DNA of 37,553 nt. Origin: Chiloscyllium plagiosum (Eukaryota). A program made the translations under genes and the position numbers. Numbering within the stretch: the first letter of the stretch is position 1; each line of letters opens with the position of its first letter. This document shows, piece by piece, positions 23,884 through 34,577 of the stretch. The DNA lies in assembly GCF_004010195.1 (NCBI RefSeq), contig NC_057719.1, forward strand, positions 45,807,959 through 45,845,511. Reading direction: 5' to 3'. Below the pieces are notes generated by a model. That model had not been told where the DNA came from. It saw only the letters and a list, made by a program, of their open reading frames with translations, and made no database searches.

Positions 23884-24085
23884 CATCTTATCCACAACAC
23901 CACAAGGCACTGGTTGGTATGGAGCCATCCATAGGAATAGCAATTACAATGTAGTCTCTCACTTGCTGAATGGACCTCCAACAGCTACAGCACCACTTCT
24001 CTTCGCTTATGGTAATATTCAAAACAACCACCATCATAACTATTACTCAACACCACAAAACTACTATTCAACACCACAGAACTAA
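23884..24085 (+). CDS. gpr137c: GPR137C-like protein, coding part of terminal exon (stop TAA 24083-24085)
   Basis: Polypyrimidine tract followed by aag|C. Reads (S)ILSTTPQGTGWYGAIHRNSNYNVVSHLLNGPPTATAPLLFAYGNIQNNHHHNYYSTPQNYYSTPQN*. GWYG, HL(L)NGP..TAPLLF and ..TPQN* match the recalled GPR137C tail, and the phase fits the previous exon. This frame is not in the supplied ORF track. Confidence 0.92.
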
Positions 24086-24206
24086 TGGGCCTGTACAGTT
24101 TCAGTTCTTTGGAAATGTTTACATAGTTTTTATGGCCCTTCGCATGTTATGAAAGAATGATTGAAAGAACAAGTACACTTGTGGCACTATGAAAGAAAGA
24201 GATGTC

Positions 24207-24212
24207 AATAAA
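24207..24212 (+). promoter_or_regulatory. Candidate proximal polyadenylation signal
   Basis: AATAAA about 120 nt after the stop codon; context is weaker than the distal site. Confidence 0.25.
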
Positions 24213-26399
24213 GTAACCTTCAGAACTGCACCAGTGACTAGAAAAGAAGGATAAAGATGTCCAATAGTATTGCCGCTTGTTTCAACTGTAGCAAGTTGGA
24301 CTGCATATTGCACTTTTATCTGCACTTACATTCTGGAATTTTGTTCAGATTGCATCTGGATTTATCAGTATTCTAAATTTCTGGAAGGTTTTAGCATTGG
24401 CCTGGGCTGAGCAGAAGGATGTATTTTCTTCATGACTAGATTATTCACAGCCTGTTTTATTGTGCGATAGCTCTGTGGAGAGCAGAATTTTTAAAAAATG
24501 GTAATTTTAATCTAACCGGAAAAATAGAATGGTTGCTTTAAATACTATAATATGTGGTGCATGAATTTCAACTAAAAATATCTGCACATGATGTTGTCAT
24601 GGTCATGGGCAAATAATATTGGCACATTTGTTTGTGTTGTGTTTCCAAGCCACTAATATTCCAGATCTGAGGCCTAACGTGGAAATTTGCTGAGTGATCA
24701 ACAAAGCATTTGAATGTAATATCTAATGCAATGTTTTTCTATTTGCCATTCAAAATCTCATAAATGGGCTAAAATTGTGTTTAATAGAATTTAATATCTG
24801 TACATGTATTAATATTGCCAGTTACTACAGTAGCCTATAACTATTAGCATTAACTTAACCTATTTTGGTAGAGTTGCATGTTTATTTTAGTGGACCTCAT
24901 TAACCATGTGATATTTTTGGTTAGCTGAGGTTTCCAAGTTGAGGGCTGGTTTCTCCAAACAAGATGGAAATAATTATTGGATTTCATTGTATGTAATGTA
25001 AAGTTAAACATATATGTGTACACCAGCATGTTCTTGTACACACCTGAACATTCCGTGAAGCAGCCACATACTTAGGTACAGTACATGACAGTTGTAGGGC
25101 ACAGATTAAACATGTATGGTAAGATACTAGACGAGTTTGCACGTTATTCTTTTGCACTTTTGAGTGTGTTTATGAAAGCAGTACAGCTACTTAAGCAGAT
25201 GAATGTGAATTATAAGCTATTACATTTTTTCAGACTAAGTATTTAATGTGTTGTATTTTTATATCTAACTACTGAAATGGAAGTTGTACAATACTATATG
25301 TATGACTCAGGACCTTAATGGAATAGCAACAGGACCAGTCTCTAATGGATTTGAGGTGTGCTAAATTTGCATACCCTTTATACTTCATATTTCTGACTTG
25401 CTGCAATGTTAGGTAAAACTTTCCAGCTTGAAAGTAATATGAGTTCCTGAGATTAAATAATTTTGTTTATGCATAAGTCTCAAAATGGAAATTGACTTTG
25501 ACACCATTGTATAAGAGTATTTGTTAGGATTTGGCTGTCAATTGTAACAGTGGAAATTATCAGGTTAAAAATGGCCCAAAACGTGTTCTCACTTCTGTAT
25601 ATTTGGTACATTTTAATAATGAATTTAAAAGTTTGGATTTGTACCTAATGCTGAAATGCAGTTACTTATATGATTACTATCAAATAGTCCTCTTGTTCTG
25701 AAGCCTGGTACCTCAGAAAAAGATTGAGACTTAAGAATTTTATTTTAATTCATAAGATGGGTAAGTGTATGGTGAGAGGCAGACTGGAAGTTAATAATCT
25801 TCAGTATGTTTTTTTTTCAATCTGCAAAATGTCTTTCTGAATGTTTTGATTGTTGTAAAAAAAAATTCACTTATCCAGTCACCAATTAAACTTTAATTTT
25901 GCATTAAAATTGGTCAATTAGAACTGTTTGTGGCCTGAGGTATTTTTCAAGATACATGTGTGTTTCTCTTGAAGAATATGTATGCACTAGTCATTATATT
26001 GCATGAATGCAGAGTAAAGATTAATTTCTTTCTTGAAAACATTCTACCTGCTGAAGAGTCATGCAAGATCACTTCAAATATTAAAATGATTCCTGTCTGT
26101 TTATAGTTGTATTGATTGTTAATGCATAGTGTTATTGATCTGCAGTCAGGTTTCTATCTTGTAGATTTGCTATTCTGCAGGCAATGCACCTGAACTTGTG
26201 CACAATTTAATCCAAATGGATTACATATCTTGCCAGTTTTTAAAACTCAAAGTACAGTATCTTTGGAAATAATTACTCTTCATATTCATGTTGAAATGTG
26301 AAAGCTAAAAAAATTTGAGCCATTAAATAGGAATTTATTTATTCCACAAATCATTTCAAAAATGTCTGCCTTAACCAAATTCAGGTACTTTTTTGTACT

Positions 26400-26768
26400 G
26401 TAATGGGATACGGATGTCACTGCATTTGTTTTCTGTCCCTATTTGCTCTTGAACTGAGTAGCTTGCTGGGTTAGTTCAAAGAGCAGTTAAGAGACACAAA
26501 CATTTCTGTCAATCTGGAGTCACATTTGCCAGACCAGGTAAGGGTGGCAGCTTTTATTCCCTAAAGCGTATTCTCAAACTAGATGGGTTTTACAATAATC
26601 CAGTGTTACTTTGGTAACTGAGACTTGTTTTCAATTCCAGAACTTCAAATTTAAATTCAATTAATATCAGCTGCTATATGTGGATTTGAACCAGTGATCC
26701 CAATACACTAATGTTAGCCTCTCAATTGAAAGTCCAGTGACATTGCCATTATGCTGCCATCTTCTCCA
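26400..26768 (-). mobile_element. tRNA-derived SINE, same family as 30255-30572, inside the inferred 3' UTR
   Basis: gcagttaagag, ctggagtcacat, ccagaccaggtaagggtggcag, agatgggtttt and gtggatttgaacc are reverse-complement landmarks of this family. Confidence 0.75.
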
Positions 26769-27483
26769 ATTTTAAATTCTATTTCCTTTCTGAATAGATC
26801 ATACTTATCTGTATTTTTCACAGCAAACTTAGCTTGCTTAATGAACGATGAGCTCATTCTAATTGTATTTTCCATCCAGTCCATGAGTGAATTTTCTAAC
26901 TGGCAATCAGTCTGAGGATCAAATGCTTATCACATTGCTGTGTGAAGTCTTCTGTGGACCAGGATCTGAACAAGCAAACAAATATTACTCCTGCCTTGTC
27001 TTGATATGTGGTTTGTAAGTGGTCAGCTTAGTTCTGCTGTGAAGCTTTGATTTCCATATGGTCTGAACCTCTGTTTTGAAGGAGATAATTTATTTCTGTC
27101 TATGCAGCAAAGTAAAACACTCCAAATTTAATCTGATTCTTTGTGTTTAAATTATTGGTGCCAAGACAGAAATATTGAAAAACATCTAAACATTTGATTC
27201 CTTTATTCCCTTTTTTTGAAGTTATTTATAAATTATTTTCTTTAATGTTTTCATTAACTTTCAAATAACTTTACAATATTGAACATTTGTAAATCTTCAT
27301 ACTTAAGTGTCTTTGTGAGAATTTAAGTGTACCTGTATTGTTAATACTATGATTTATCTGTAAATTTTTCCACTGCATTTGTACTGTTAACCGTAAAGCT
27401 GCTTTGAAGGCTTTATTTTATTGTGGCCAATGAATGTAATGGATTTACTATGTAATAAGTTGTAATAAGTGCTACCATATTTA

Positions 27484-27489
27484 AATAAA
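27484..27489 (+). promoter_or_regulatory. Candidate distal polyadenylation signal
   Basis: AATAAA preceded by many TGTA motifs within about 170 nt. Confidence 0.55.
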
Positions 27490-28371
27490 CATTTTATGGC
27501 ATTCGTAAAGGGAAAATATTTTAATTGAAAAGTTTTAAATTTCGATGGTTAAAACACTTTTTAAATTTTGTGCAACGAAATACATAGGCAAGTCACAAGG
27601 CTGAAGCTGACTGTAAAATTATTTAAGAGGGCTATTTTGTCACTTAACATTTGTGACCATGTTGGGAAGGAATCTTGGAGGCTAAGTTGATATGAATGAC
27701 CATATCTTGTGCTATCATTTTTATCATTCTATGAAAATGTTCCTTTTATTAATTTTAAATTTAGAAATGCTGGCATTGGGTTTAGGGATAAGTGCCCCAA
27801 ACACAGTCTGCTGCCCTATGTGATATCGCTATTTAGTTGAGGTGCCAGCTAGTTTTAATGGAAGAGGTCCAAATGCAAATCAGTTCAGACTGAGATTTCC
27901 AGTTGTGTTAATTTTCCTATAATGCTTGAGGCCAAAGCAAATTCTGAGGAAATGAGGAAAGGAAGCATAGATCTACTAAATGTCGTATTGACTGGGAGCC
28001 TGATCATACTTTGTGCAATTCACAGAAACTTTGGCCTGAGTTATAGGGAGCATATAAAGTCATATGATTATAGATTGGCTATCAGAGTATTGTACTTGTC
28101 ATATCATTCTATATGAATAGAATATCCTTTATTATTATGTAATCAAGTACAGGAGTACAGTGAAAAGTTTACAATGTAGCATCTCATGGCATCATCTTGG
28201 GTACAAAGTACTTAGGTACAAATCTTAAAAACAAAAGAGGAATAAAAAAGAAAAGTTGCATTATTGTAGTGATATTGGTATTGTTGTCATTTCAACTTAT
28301 TAAAAGTGTTAGTGGAAGTTAATTTGGTGATCATCACAACAGAATTCTGGAATTTAAGCCATTGTAATTAT

Positions 28372-28700
28372 TTAATGGGATGTAGGTGTTTCCAGAAAAC
28401 CAACATTTGTCCTTCTCTAACAGCCCTTGAATAGAGTGGCTTGTTAAGCCATTTCAAAAGGCACTTGGTCATCAACCATATGTGGCCCAGACCAGGTAAA
28501 CCTAGCAGTTTCCTTTCCTAAAGGACAAGTGATCAAATGGGTTTTACAGCAGCCTCCTTGTGAGATTGGAATTCTGTTCTAGACTTGATTATTTATATTT
28601 TAAGCTTCCTCAACTGCGTTGAGGTTTGAATGCATCTGTGTCCTGAGATCATTAGCCTCCTCTATTGGATCACTTATCTTGTGGCATTATCACACTGCCA
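28372..28700 (-). mobile_element. tRNA-derived SINE, same family, more decayed
   Basis: gggatgtaggtgt, cagaccaggtaa, tttcctttcctaaaggaca, atgggtttt and cattagcct landmarks. Confidence 0.7.
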
Positions 28701-29339
28701 GTACAGTCACAGTAAATCTATTGTTAATAAGCCCTTGATCTAAAATTTTAGCATGAGTGACCCCTAGAAATTTTCCATAAAACTGAGTAAATTAAATGCT
28801 TGGACTGTACTTTCAGGGTTTTCCAAAGACTTTGAATGATGACATACGGCATAAAATATTGGTGGTATGTCAGTCAGCAGTGCGTTCACTCCAGGCCATG
28901 GACCTTCCTTCAAAGATCATCAACAAAATAATGAAGAGGAAGGGAAAGATATTTAAAGAACAGTTATGTTTTGGAAGCTAAGAAGTGTGTGTGTGTGTGG
29001 TAGGAAAGCCAGTGATGGCTGCCCTGGGGTATCACACTGAACCCTTAAAATTCTCAACAGGGTCAAAAGACTCTGGGTATCTGATAAGGTGGTGCACTTT
29101 GAGGAAAAATTAATGTTTCTGGGAACTTGGATTCTAAAAAGATAAAGGTATGTTTTTCAGTGCTGTCGAGTTCTGATTTTCCGAAAATCATTTGGAACAG
29201 TTCAGTGAGTTAGCTGGTCTGGGAGAGAGACCGAGAATCATGACCAGTGAATGCGCAAAACATTGGTGAAAGGAAATGCTTGTGACCTTGTCAGTGAGAA
29301 ATTTTAAAAATGAAGATAAGAATGATGCTTCACTGGAGT

Positions 29340-29569
29340 CGAAGAGTGTGTTGCTGGAAAAGCACAGCCGGTCAGGCAGCATCTGAGGAGCAGGACAATA
29401 GACTTTTCTGGCATACGTCCCTTTAGTAGGATTCCTGATGAAGGGCTTATGCCTGAAACATTGAATTTTTTTTCCCCTGCCCCTTGGATGCTGCCTGACC
29501 AGCTGTGCTTTTTCCAGCACCACACTCTTTGACTCTGATCGCCAGCATCTGTAGTGCTCACCTTCTCCC
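29340..29569. mobile_element. Palindromic Penelope-derived element with a 17-bp target-site duplication
   Basis: Arms gctggaaaagcacagccggtcaggcagcatc and gatgctgcctgaccagctgtgctttttccagc. Flanks are TGATGCTTCACTGGAGT (29323-29339) and TGATTCTTCACTGGAGT (29570-29586). Confidence 0.85.
29429..29468 (+). ncRNA. Minimal hammerhead ribozyme motif, slightly decayed
   Basis: GGAUUC CUGAUGA A GGGC-UUAU-GCCU GAA ACAU U GAAUUU: intact core and a stem I of up to 6 bp including G-U pairs; the stem III palindrome reads ACAU instead of ACGU. Confidence 0.6.
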
Positions 29570-30254
29570 TGATTCTTCACTGGAGTGTAAAAGATGTTGC
29601 AAGTAGAAAGGGTAAATTTATTTGCTGCTAATGATTGGATCTTTCCAAATTGTCTTAATTTATTTCTTTTACTTAATAAATTTGTGTTCTCCTGTTAAAA
29701 GCACTGACTTTATGGCTACATTGAGTTAATAGATTGGAGCAGCCATCACCTGGCTTACCACTGTACATTCACTTCTCGGGTTCAGAAACCCAACTTCCAA
29801 AACCTAATTGGAAGTATTAGTAAATGGATGGTCTTGTAAAGCTCAGAAACTTAGTGCTTAGTCAGCATTTAGAATTAAGAGTAAAAACATGAGATAGAGA
29901 TAGTTCGAATGGTCACATCTCAAAGATTCAGCAAGAAATCAAAAACGTAGTTCATAGAAAAAGCAGCAAAAATCTTTAATTGGGAGAAAAATAAGAGTGA
30001 TGACACAAAAGGGAAAAGAAATTTAGAACAAAGTAACCTAATCTGTCAGACATAGAATTTGCAAGTTAAATCAAAATATAACTCACTCATTGAGTTTCAA
30101 TCACTGAGTTATAGAAAAACCTGAGATAAGGGAAGTGATGATCATAGAAGAATTTAGAAATAGTATTCCAGTATCCCTGAAGACTGACTTGGATGAAAAT
30201 CCAATATTGAAAATCCAAGAATTGTCAATTCTGGCAGATGCCGGTCTCCAAAGG

Positions 30255-30572
30255 AGCAATGATGATATTGTAGAGTTATTGTTAAACTATTAATCCAGAA
30301 ACCCAGGTAATGTTCTTGGGACCTGGACTCACATCATGTCATAGCAGGTGGTGGAATTGAATTTAATTCCAGATTTTGTGGTTTTTTTTGTTGAAACTAG
30401 TGTTAATTGTTGGAAAAACCCATCTGATTCACTGAAGTCCTTTTTGGACATGGCCTACGTGTGACCCCAGACCCAGAGCAATGTGGCTGACTCTTAATTG
30501 CCATCTGAGTAATTAGGGATGGGCAATAAGTGTTGGCCTAACCAGTGACGGCCCTGTCATGTGAATGAACAA
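30255..30572 (+). mobile_element. tRNA-derived SINE with a LINE-shared 3' tail
   Basis: actattaatccagaaacccagg head region, ggaaaaacccatctgattcact core, and tail tagggatgggcaataagtgttggcctaaccagtgac matching the LINE end at about 5405-5445. Confidence 0.8.
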
Positions 30573-32342
30573 ACAATCGTTCAGTTAATACATGTAAGGT
30601 GATAGTCAAAGGGGGCTCAATGAGGAATTCAGGCATATGAAATCTGGAGATGGAAAGTTTAGGACAGCAAACATAATTCTGCTTAAATAATAAAGAAGAA
30701 AAGCTAGAACCTAAAAATGATAAATAAACTAAATTGCTTCCATGTATAAAAAAACTGACCAAACTAAAGCTGATTGTGGGATGTTAAATGGGAGACCTAA
30801 TCCAGTAAAATGAATGAATCATCAGAAAAGTGTGCATCAGGAAACAAAAAGTTTTAAAACTGAAGTTGTTGTAATGGTAGAGCATATTCCCTTGGAAGGG
30901 AGAGGTGACTTGGGGCAGTCAAGAATTTATTTCTGTATTTATAAAGAATGTCAGATTAGAGTATTGCTGAACAGAGATATTTTGTCAAAGTTTTTCATCT
31001 TGCACTCATCAGGATATTTCATAAGAATACAAATTCAAGTGGAACACTAACATTTATGCTGCCTGAGAGGTGAGTGCTGATTGTTTAGCAAGTTAATTGG
31101 GAGATGTGTTGCCATGGAGAGTGCACCCCTTATCACTTACAGATAATAGCCAGGCTTTTCAAATTTTTAAACCAGGGAGATTGAATTCCCTTAAGAAACA
31201 AGCCAATGAATAGCTATATAAAGTTGAAACAGGCACAGAGCAGCTTTGTGTATTTTAAAATGTAGCTTCCCAGTATATGCACCATACTTTAAGCCTGCCA
31301 GATTGACAACCAATTCAAGACTATGTAATTCTTTGTACATTCAGAAAATGATTGCAGATTCACATCTAACATTAAATATTATGTTGAGATTTCAGCAGCT
31401 GTGGTGTGATTGGATATGGTAAATATCTTGCTTGTTGTGATCAGCCACTGGGAAATGCTATTGACATGAACAGCCAGTTTTTGGGTCAACAGGCCTATAT
31501 ATCTGGCACTGAAATTTGAATACCTCATTATACAAAATCATACTACTGGGGATTGAATATTTTATTTCAAAGGGAAAGTGTTGCTTCATGCTTCTGAACC
31601 ATGAGGAAATGAATAAAGATTTTGATAGACACTGAAGCAAGTAAATCACTGATACTGCCGGAAAACAATTTGTCTTCCAAAAGGATTAATGACAGGGGGT
31701 TGGAGAGAGAAAATAGATGATGCAAACTGGTCCCACTATATAGAGTTGGATTTGAGAGTGACTTAAGTGGTGTAATTGCAATTGATAAAAGAGATCAGAG
31801 GAATTTATTTTAGTGCTTGACCTGACTGGTTCAACGATATTGGCCTCACAAAAGTATGGAAATAGCCAGTAGAGGTAAAAGACATGAAGATGGTCTGGGA
31901 GGAACATCCTGCATTGTCTCCTGACTATGTCATGACTCGATTTCAGGCCCATTGGACAGGAAAAGGCATTATTTTATGGGAAAGGGACAAGATTTGGAAA
32001 TTCAGTTATCTGACATTATTTTTGAAAACTTTATGAAGGAAGAGAGAATGTGTCAGTTACCTTTGTCTCCCTGCTTTTGTACACTTTGAAGCTCAGGGTC
32101 TCCACTCAATCAAGGTCAGAAGTAGGAGGACGAGCAAGTCACTAGGCTCCTTGAAACTGCTTTACCATTTAATGAAATCATTGCTGATCAAATTATGGCT
32201 TCAGCTCCTCTTTTCTGCCTACCTCCCCTTAACTGTCAACTCTCTTGTAGAAAGCTTGCCCTGAAACTAAGAGCCTATTTTTCTTTTCATTTGTGCACTC
32301 CAGAATCTGACGTCTCATGCTCCCAGCTGAAGGTAATACTGT

Positions 32343-32523
32343 CGAGAGTGTGGTGCTGGAAAAACATAGCATGTCAGGCATCATCCAAGGAGCAAGAGAA
32401 TCAACATTTCGGGCAAAAGTCCGAAACATCGATTCTTCTGCTCCTCTGATGCTGCCTTACCTGCTGTGCTTTTCCAGCACTACATTCTCTAATCTCCAGC
32501 CTCTGCAGTCCTCACTTTTGCCT
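32343..32523. mobile_element. Palindromic Penelope-derived element with a 15-bp target-site duplication
   Basis: Arms joined at tttcgggcaaaagtccgaaa. Flanks are TGAAGGTAATACTGT (32328-32342) and TGATGCTAATACTGT (32524-32538). Confidence 0.85.
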
Positions 32524-33086
32524 TGATGCTAATACTGTACAAGTCAGATTCCAAAATGAAACTCGGCTTGCCAAACATTTTTTTTTACAATTTGTTTATT
32601 ACTGTAACAAGTCATCAAACGTATTCACACAAATGTCAATGCAGTTTCAACGAAAAACATACATTTATTACATCATATTTAGCATTTTTAAATTTTTAAG
32701 ACAATTTGTAAAAGGTTTGATCAAACAACAAAAAGAAAGATTGAGCCTTTTTCTTCCCTGCAGTGCACTTAGTCAACCCCAGTGAAGTATCATTTTTGTC
32801 TTCACTCTAACGTTCGTTACTGAAGTACTAATGAATTATAAGTTTTTGCTTTCAGTGACTTCTGACACATTCACCAAAAAAGATTCTCTTGGTGGCTCAC
32901 CAAGATTAACTCGCTGACCTTTTTTTCTACTTTGACCCATTGGAGGGTGCTAAAACAGCTTAAGGCTTCTTTCCAGCCCGAAGACCTGATGCTTCCCACA
33001 AACCTAAAAATTGCCCTTTTGCTGCAATGGATAGTTTCTTGTAGCCCTTGGCCATTCATCTTTTCTGTGGTTCATTTCATTTGATT

Positions 33087-33733
33087 TAGAGTCATAGAGA
33101 TGTACAGCATAGAAACAGACTCTACAGTCCAACTTGTCCGTGTCGACCAGGTATTGTAACCTAATCTAGTCCTATTTGCCTGCACTTGGCCCATATCCCT
33201 CTAAACCCTTCCTATTCATACACCCATCCAGATGCCTTTTAAATGCTGTAATTGTACCAGCCTCCACCACTTCCCCTGCTAACTCATTCCATACATGCAC
33301 CACCCTCTGCATGAAAACGTTGACCCTTACGTCCCTTTAATATCTTTCCCCTCTTGCCCCAAACCTATGTCTTCTAGTTCTGGACTCCCCCACCCCAGGG
33401 AAAAGACCTTGTCTATTTATCCTATCCATGCCCCTCATGACTTCTATAAGGTCACCCCTCAGCCTCCTACACTCTCGGAAAAGCAGCCCCAGTCTGTTCA
33501 GCCTCTCCCTATAGCTCAAATCCTCCAACCCCGGCAACATCCTTGTTAATCTTTTCTGAACCCCTTCAAGTTTCACAACATCCTCCTGATATTCCAAAAG
33601 TGGCCTAACCAATGGCCTGTACAGCCATATTATGACCTCCCAACTCAATGCTCTGAATAATAAAGGAAGGCCTACCACTATTCTATCTACCTACAACTCT
33701 ACTTTCAAGGAGCTATGAGCCTGCACTCCAAGA
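33087..33733 (-). mobile_element. HER1/CR1-type LINE 3' fragment
   Basis: Peptide LYRPLVRPLLEY...RMLPGLEDLSYRERLNRLGL...RRLRGDLIEV; near-copy of 15675-16154. Confidence 0.95.
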
Positions 33734-34577
33734 AATTACTTTTTTCAAATGACTTTCTGATCTTTTGTCTTTCAAAGCTGAAAACTAAAACCTATTTTTA
33801 TCTCTCTTTTAGAAACCTTCCTAATAATAATAAACTTTAATCATGCCCTGCCCTAAAAGAAATGAAAAAAATATATTGAAGTGGATTATTCATTTTCTAT
33901 CAAAATTTCCCCTTATAATGAGAATTGTATTTTTTTTTTGACAGTGACATATGAAAATTCAACACACAAGGACTTTCATTACAATCATTCTATGTAAGTC
34001 TATTTTCATTGTAATATTGAATTGCTTTCATATTTGAAGCATCCACTATAAATTTGTCTTTTGAGTGTCATTTACACTCCAATGAAACAGTCACAAATTT
34101 TTATAATGAAAACCTTCCTGAAAAGTTAAGAGATTGTGATCCATATAGAGAAGTCTTTGCAGAATTCTTGGATAACTGTACTTCAAAATATTGCATGATC
34201 AGTATCAGGGTATGTGTCTCTTAGCCCAGCACTGAATATTTCTTTCTGCATGCATTTTAAGTTGCATGAAAAGTAATTGACTGGCCATTTGATCCCCATC
34301 TTGTCCTCCTGTAAACTTGCACACACTGTCATTAGCGTCAACTGCCAGTTTAAATTGCTTATTTTAATTCATTTTTGCCAGAACTAGTGTGATAGTGCAG
34401 CTATCAAGGTATCAAAGGCACTCCAGCATTTCTTTGTCCATTTCTTGCCTTTCTTTATCAAAATTTCAAAGGAGCAACTATAATACTGAAATCCAGAACC
34501 TGATACTTATCACATAATATCATGTTCTGTTCCTAAGTACAGGAAAATCTAAAACAACTCCCTTTTCTGATAAATGG

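Larger units (their letters stand above)
24086..27510 (+). other. Probable long 3' UTR of gpr137c
   Basis: AT-rich, largely repeat-poor sequence after the stop codon, ending in a TGTA-rich block followed by AATAAA at 27484-27489. The end point is inferred. Confidence 0.55.
28997..29761. mobile_element. Element bounded by about 23-bp inverted repeats (solo LTR or MITE)
   Basis: GTGGTAGGAAAGCCAGTGATGGCTGC (28997-29022) versus GCAGCCATCACCTGGCTTACCAC (29739-29761); AATAAA at 29675-29680. Confidence 0.5.
32312..33845 (-). mobile_element. Probable 3' LTR of the gypsy element, interrupted by two younger insertions
   Basis: Follows the RNase H remnant and a decayed polypurine tract (minus strand ttcttttagggcagggc, about 33845-33861). 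Minus-strand AATAAA at 32664-32669 and 32595-32600. Its terminal about 50 nt resemble the end of the LTR at 34578-35439. Confidence 0.55.

Noticed and set aside
23970..24152. 60-aa Gln/His/Thr-rich ORF
   Set aside because: It is an alternative frame overlapping the true terminal exon, with no independent support.
29340..29569. Hairpin elements as microRNA precursors or classical MITEs
   Set aside because: The arms are Penelope terminal-repeat sequence, asymmetric, and flanked by long variable TSDs; there is no evidence of Drosha/Dicer processing.
31118..31131. RFX/X-box-like GTTGCCATGGAGAG near 31108-31121
   Set aside because: An imperfect isolated motif, probably within an old repeat; it cannot be supported as regulatory.
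32578..32669. 3' end of a convergent host gene such as ERO1A, suggested by two minus-strand AATAAA signals and a T run
   Set aside because: I found no ERO1-like coding exon in the window, and the signals are better explained as part of the gypsy 3' LTR.
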